Shown: one piece after another, positions 58,218 through 64,000 of the stretch
Numbering within the stretch: the stretch's first letter is position 1
How the letters are laid out: the number at the start of each line of letters is the position of its first letter
DNA from: Phaeosaccion multiseriatum
Lineage: Eukaryota; Protista; Ochrophyta, other classes
Length of the DNA stretch: 64,000 bases
Assembly: GCA_965112735.1 (NCBI GenBank)
Contig: OZ218961.1
Coordinates: 3,224,001 to 3,288,000 of the forward strand
Reading direction: 5' to 3'
Notes under the pieces: model-generated
Databases searched by the model: none
What the model saw: only the letters and a program-made list of their open reading frames with translations
Told to the model about the DNA's origin: nothing
Position numbers and translations under genes: made by a program

Positions 58218-59372
58218 ATGTCTGCGCGAGCTCGCTTGCTGTTGCCCGAAGCCGCCACACACTCTCCGAGAGCTCTCGCTGTGGATTCGGACCCCATCAG
58301 GTGAGGGAATAAGTTAGTGAGTGAGTAAGTAATTGAGTGTGAGTGAGAGAGATCAGACAGACAGGCGGACAGGCAGGCAGACAGGCAGACAGGCAGACAG
58401 AAAGACAGATAGGTAGGTAGGTAGGCAGACAGACAGGTAGGCAGGCAGACAGACAGGTAGACAGACCGGCAGGCAGACAGGCAGGCAATCAGGCAGACAG
58501 ACAGACAGGCAGGCAGACAGACAGACAGACAGGCAGGATGCAGACAGGCAGGCAGACAGACAGGCAGGCAACAGGCAGCCCTACTCGACCCCTCGGTACC
58601 CATTGAGCACACGAAACCACACCCTGCCGATGCCTCCAACTGTTGCTGACATACTGACACCCCTGACACCAGGCACCAACCACGCACTCCGAAGCTGCAG
58701 CACCTGCCCACACCGGGGAGCCGCTCTCTCGCACACGGGGAGTGGACCTACGCCGGCTACATGGACGCCATGGGCCACCATCTCGAGCAAGGCCTGGGCA
58801 TGAGCAGCACGGGAGGCTCCGCCTACTCGCTGGGGGAGAGTGTGTCGAGCACGCAGCACCACGACATGGCCTTGGCGGCAACGGCGAATAACAACGGCAG
58901 CATCAGCAGCAGCGGCAGCAGCAAAAGCAACCCCAACGCGGTGTTTACATCGTCGCCCCTCTCGCGCCCCTCTTCGGCGAGGCAAAGGCGGCAGCAGCAA
59001 GACAAGGACAGGCAGCAGCAGCAGCAGCAGCAGCAGCCCCAGCAGCTCCAGCAGCCCCAGCAGCAGCAGCGGCGGCGGAAGAGCTCCGGGCTGGCGGCGG
59101 GGTCGGGGACGGGATCCTTCCGGGTGGACTTTGGGGAGAGGTTGGAGGAGGAAGAGGGAGGGGAGGAGCAGCTGGTGATGCAGCAGCAGCCGCCGCCGCC
59201 GCCGCCGCCGCAGCAGCAGCAGCAGCAGCCGGCACCGCAGCCACATGCGGCCCCATCTGTGGAGGCGGACAAGGCCCAGGACGGGCTCGTCATAAAGGCT
59301 CAGGACGGGCTCGTCATAAAGGCGCAGGACAGGCTCGCCAACGACGGACTCGGAGAGCGAGAGCAGCGATAA
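58218..59372 (+). CDS. Hypothetical low-complexity Q/S-rich protein (exons 58218-58300 and 58673-59372)
   Basis: A phase-2 GT-AG intron containing a GACA/GGCA microsatellite joins an upstream ATG exon in frame with ORF 58761-59372. Confidence 0.5.
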
Positions 59373-59848
59373 CGCAAAACCGTCCTCTCGTTTTTAGAGA
59401 TCAGACATGAAGAAATACTGACAAGTAGGGAAGGGAAAAAGCTATGAAAGCCGAAGATTATGGATCGACAGGCATCTCATAGAGCTACACGAAGAGCGAT
59501 AGCGCTTCTCCCAGCGCGCGCGTCATTTTGCTGCGTTTTTTTTTTCTGTAACGATATCAATATCGACTGTCTATAAAATATCGATGCGTCATCTCTCTCT
59601 CTCTCCCACATTCTCTCTCTTTCCCCTGCCCTTCTTCCCCCCTTTCCTTCCCTCATATTATGGGAACTCGCCTCTGATGTCTGCTTTGCCAAGACAGCTA
59701 TCGAGCATCGAAAGGCAGAGAGAGGGATCCTCTTTCACTTTTCACGAGAGCAGGTGGGAGGGATGAGGGAGATGGTGGGGTTGGGCAGTTAGGCCGCAGA
59801 GAGAAGAAGAGGGGGCTCAAGGGACGGAGGGCAGGAGGAGGAGGAGTT

Positions 59849-62800
59849 ATGTCTTCAGCAGAGATGGCGGACGGAGCTGCAGCGGCGGGCGAGGAAGGAG
59901 TAGCTGCAACGGGAAGTGCTGTACATGTTGCAACACCGCCAGCACCCCCGTCTGATGCGCAGGAGAAGGGGCAAAAGGCCGTTTTAACAGCAGATCAAGC
60001 AGGATTGGGAGGAGGAGGAGGAGGAGGAGTACTGTCAGTAGCAGCAGCACCAGCAACGGTCGCAGCGGGAGGTTCTGCAGCCCTCAGCACGGCAAGCAAA
60101 GTAGACAGTGCGACAGAGTCGGCAAGGGGAAATGGAGAAAGCGCCACCCCACAGAGCTTGCCAGGCGCCAACAACGGGAGCAGTAGCAGCAGCAGCAGCA
60201 GCAGCAGCACCAGCCCCCCGAAGGTGGCCTTCGACGCCTCCACCCAAAGAGGTGGCGAGCAGTTGGTGATACAGGATGCCGTCTCTCTGAGTTCTTTGGC
60301 TGCGGGGTCTGTGGCTTCTGTTGCTGATGGTGGCGGTGGCAGCGTGTCCTTTGACGCGCCTGCCGTGGAGGGGGGCGTAGGAGGGACCGGAGAGGCGAAG
60401 GCGTCACTCCCCGCCAACACGAACAACCTCAGCCCCACCAGGAGAGGGGCAGGAGCGGACGCAATGGCAGGGCGGCCCCTCAGCCGCCCCGTCAGTCTGG
60501 CGAACGCCATCTCTGCCACGGCTCATCAGCTTCTCGGTCGTGCTGCGGAGAGGGAGAGGGGCAGAGAAGCCGGGGCGGGGGGCGGCCCGGGCTCCCCGTC
60601 CCTATCCCCCCATGGGGCACCCGCGGCTGGCTCTACTCCAGGAGGGAGCAAGAGAGGAGGGGCCTCCGGCGCTGGGGGGGGGGGGGCCTCCAGCGGCGGC
60701 AATGGCAATAAAACTCTAAAGAATTTCCTCCGGGGGGAGGGGGCGCCTTCCTCGGCCCCCGCCGCCATTCCGGTCCCTCTGTTCACCCGCTCCTTCACGG
60801 AAGGCCGCATTCTGGGCATGACGGGCCTGAGGCACCCCCCGGCGGGCAGCGGATGGGGGGAAGGAGGGGGGGAAGGAGGGGGGGAAGGTCAAGTGTCTCC
60901 GCCGGACGCGGCAGGGGTGGCGGATGTATCGGGTGGGGCAGGGCAGCAGCTGGCGCTTCTCAAGCCCAAGAGGCACAAGCAGCACTTCGGGAAGTCCAAG
61001 GAGGAGCCCGAGGTGCGAAGGGGCAGAAGGAGCGGCATGACTGACTATGGAAGGAAGGAAGGAATGCTCTCTGATTGACTCCTGCAGGGCTTGTGGGTGA
61101 CTCCTGTGTGCTCCTTGCGTCAAATCCATGTGGGGCGGCACCCGTCCCAGCCATGTATTCACTCGCTACCTTTTCTTAGCAGACTCCATCCTCCCTCCCT
61201 CCGTCCCTCCTTCGCTCCCATCCTTCCTCCCTCCCTCCCGCCTTCCCGCCCTCCCTTCCTCCCTTCCTCCCGTTCGCCCGCATGGTGTGTATGTATGGTG
61301 TCTATCATATCAGGTCATTTGGTCGGACCAAGTCGACCTCCCGAATGCGAGTGGCATCGAGATCAGCAATTACTCCCTCACCATCTGGGACAAGGACAAG
61401 CACAAACACAGGGACAAAGACAAAGACAAAGACAAAGAGAAAGACAAAGACAAAGACCGGCACCAGCAGCAGCAAGAAGAGGGGGGGGAGGGCGGAGCAG
61501 GGGAGGAAGGGGCGGAAGGAGAGGGGGGGGGGGACTCTGCAGCGGAGGGCAAAACGGCAGAGGGCAAGGGGAAGGGGAGCGGATCCGATCAGCAGGGCGG
61601 GGGAGATGGACCCCTCACAGATGGCGAGGGGGTGGGGGGAGAGGGGCGAGAAGGGGGGCACCGCAGCGGGGAGGAGAAGGAGGGGGCGGCAGGGGGGGCA
61701 GCGGGGCTCTCCACGACAAGGCCAGAGGGGGGGCAGGCAGTGGAGGAGCGGACGGCAAGGAGGGAGAGGCACCGCCGCAGCAGGTCCTCCGGAGTGGGCA
61801 AAGATGGCCACAAGCTAAGGAAAAGCAGCAAGGGGCGGAGGGGCAAGGGCAGAAAGAAGATACCCAAACCCAAGCCCAAGACCAAGCGGGACGTGCGCTT
61901 CGGGAAAGAGATGCAGCCCGGCAGCGGCGGAGTGGAGTACGAGCTCTCACTCGGGATGATGCTTGGCCTCAGGGTGGCGGTGGGCAGGCAGCCCAGGCCT
62001 ACTGAGGACAAGACCCTCTTGATGGAGGTGAGGAGGGAGGGAGGAAGCTGAAAGGAGGGGAGGGAAGGAGCCTTCGAAAGGCCTTCGAAAGGGGTCGCAG
62101 AAGGGGCCAGGGAGAAGAAGAGAGGAGAGGAGGAGGGGGGAGAGGATTGCAAGCTGTGCTGTGCTGCAGCTGTTCCCCTGTGCGTGCGTGTCGTCACCCA
62201 TCCCGTCTGCTGCCTTCCCTTCCCTTGCCTTGCCTTGCCTTGCCTGCCCATGTGCCTGCCCATGTGCCTGCCCTGCCCCGTCTTATATGTCATCCCAGAA
62301 CTTCTACCAGTGCGACAAGTACCTGTTCCCCCCCGCGGGGTCTGCGCAGGGCCCGCTCCGCACCCCCTCGCACAACCTCACGCACAAGTTCAAGTTCAAG
62401 GACTACTCCGCCAAGGTCAGGCAGTCCGGCAGCGCTTGACTTGATTTGATGCCTCTGCTTGCTTGACGTACCTGTTTTCATCCTTCTGTTGCTTGACACG
62501 TCTTGCATAACACCTCTGTTGCTTGACACCTCCTCCCCTCCCTCAGGTGTTTAAGCGCATCCGCGAGCACTTCGGGGTGGATAGGCTGGGCTACATGCTC
62601 AGCGTGGCCGGGGACTACAACTTCCTCAAGTTTATCTCCAACGCCAAGAGCGGTGAGTGCGTCTTGCATCTCTTACGTCGTGCCATATTGTCTTACGTAA
62701 TGCTCTCTTTTCTTTGTCGTTAGGCGAATTCTTCTTCTTCAGCCACGACGAGCGCTTCCTCATCAAGACAATGAGTTCCGCGGAGGTGAAGTTCTTCCGC

Positions 62801-64000
62801 CGCATTCTGCCGCACTACTACGAACACGTCAAGACCAATCCGGACACCTTCCTCGTCAGGTTCTACGGTGAGTCATTGTGGTACAGCAGTTGGTCATACC
62901 GCAGCAGTTACGTGGTACAGCAGTTGGTCATACCGCAGCAGTTATGTGGTACAGCAGTAGGGCGCGTCCGACCGACTGAAGGGGTCCATTCTTGTCATTT
63001 CGCGTCGAACGATGGCCTCACCTGTGGTGAATCAAACGAAACGAAAATGACCCCCCTCCTTCTACCATCCACTGCCATACCCCCCCCCCTCCCCCCCCCC
63101 GCAGGCATGTACCGGGTGAAGATGCACCACATCCACCGGCAGGTGCACTTCATTGTGATGAACAGTGTGCTAGACACGCCCAAGGACATTCACCACACCT
63201 TCGACCTCAAGGGAAGCACCTACGGACGGGTCACGCCCAAAGACTCCAAGGTCAGTGATGTTGTAAGTCGGTGCCAGTTGTGATCTGGCCCCGGTGGGCA
63301 CGTGAGTCTCTCACGTCAGGAGCTCCGACTCCTCTCTCAGAGTGTCTCTCAGAGTCTGCTTTGTGTACAGTTACGGACAGAGCGGCCAGCAGCCTTGTTG
63401 TAGGGTTAAGCGATGCTAATGCACATACCAACAAGACCACACTTGTCTAGTAGTCTAAGTGACTATTAACAGTGAGGGCAGTGAGGGCAGGGCAGGTAGG
63501 CGGGGGGGGGGCACCTCCCGACGGGTCTTGGTGAGGGAGTGAGTAACGACAACGACGCGGGAGAGGAGCAACATCCCCCCAACCCTTTTTCGTATGTGGA
63601 GAGTTTCGGCGTTGTGTGGCTTTGAACCAGTACTGATGTATCACCAACTGCTGTGCTGTGCTGTGGTGTGCTGTGCCGTACCAACAGGTGCGAAAGGACC
63701 TCAACTTCATCGAGGAGGGGCGCAAGCTGCACCTCGGGCCACAAAGAGACGCTTTCCTACACATCATGCGCAAAGACGCGCTCTTCCTGGCCTCCATGAA
63801 GATCATGGACTACAGCCTACTGGTGGGCATACACGACAGGCAGGCGGGGCAGGCCGGGGGGGGCAATGGGGGGGAGGAACAGGCCTCGCCGCACCCAGGG
63901 GGGGAGGAGGGAGGGGGCTCGGGGGGTAAGGGCCCCGCGGTGCTGCAGGATCTGGGCCTGTTGGGGGGCGATGACGACGACGACGACGACGAGGAGGAGG
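59849..64000 (+). CDS. PIP5K: Phosphatidylinositol-phosphate 5-kinase, truncated by the window end
   Basis: Exons encode KFKFKDYSAK|VFKRIREHFG, NAKSG|EFFFFSHDERFLIKTM, FLVRFYG|MYRV, FDLKGSTYGR, KDLNF and IMDYSLLVGIH. Confidence 0.95.

Overview
GC-rich, intron- and microsatellite-rich eukaryotic nuclear DNA, most likely from an ochrophyte (stramenopile alga with a secondary plastid), inferred from signal peptides followed by AF-type motifs on DXS and a BASS transporter. About 20 protein genes: DUF924 (3' end), CCT-domain protein, RPL8/uL2, DXS, eEF1B, ACBP, STI1-domain protein, MTRR-like diflavin reductase, EB1-type CH protein, OS-9/XTP3-B lectin, PUB+IQ protein, two PPR-SMR paralogs, BASS/SLC10A7 transporter, LamG-like membrane protein, Sec20, calponin-like protein, PIP5K (truncated) and three hypotheticals. 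Fourteen of these sit in head-to-head pairs. Main unexplained signals: (1) two intronless PPR-SMR genes whose near-identical 105-bp repeats are reshuffled into different predicted RNA-recognition codes in front of an Smr-like domain; (2) a 14-17 bp word (CAGCAGTTGGTGATACA) scattered through exons in two reading frames, introns and intergenic DNA; (3) a highly structured RPL8 intron with a triplicated stem-loop, and a structured candidate poison exon in eEF1B; (4) an MTRR-like gene with a duplicated flavodoxin domain and a TPR-like insert; (5) a transcription-oriented GGTAGCAGGTAGCA element upstream of unpaired genes. All exon models and family calls were made by eye, without database searches.
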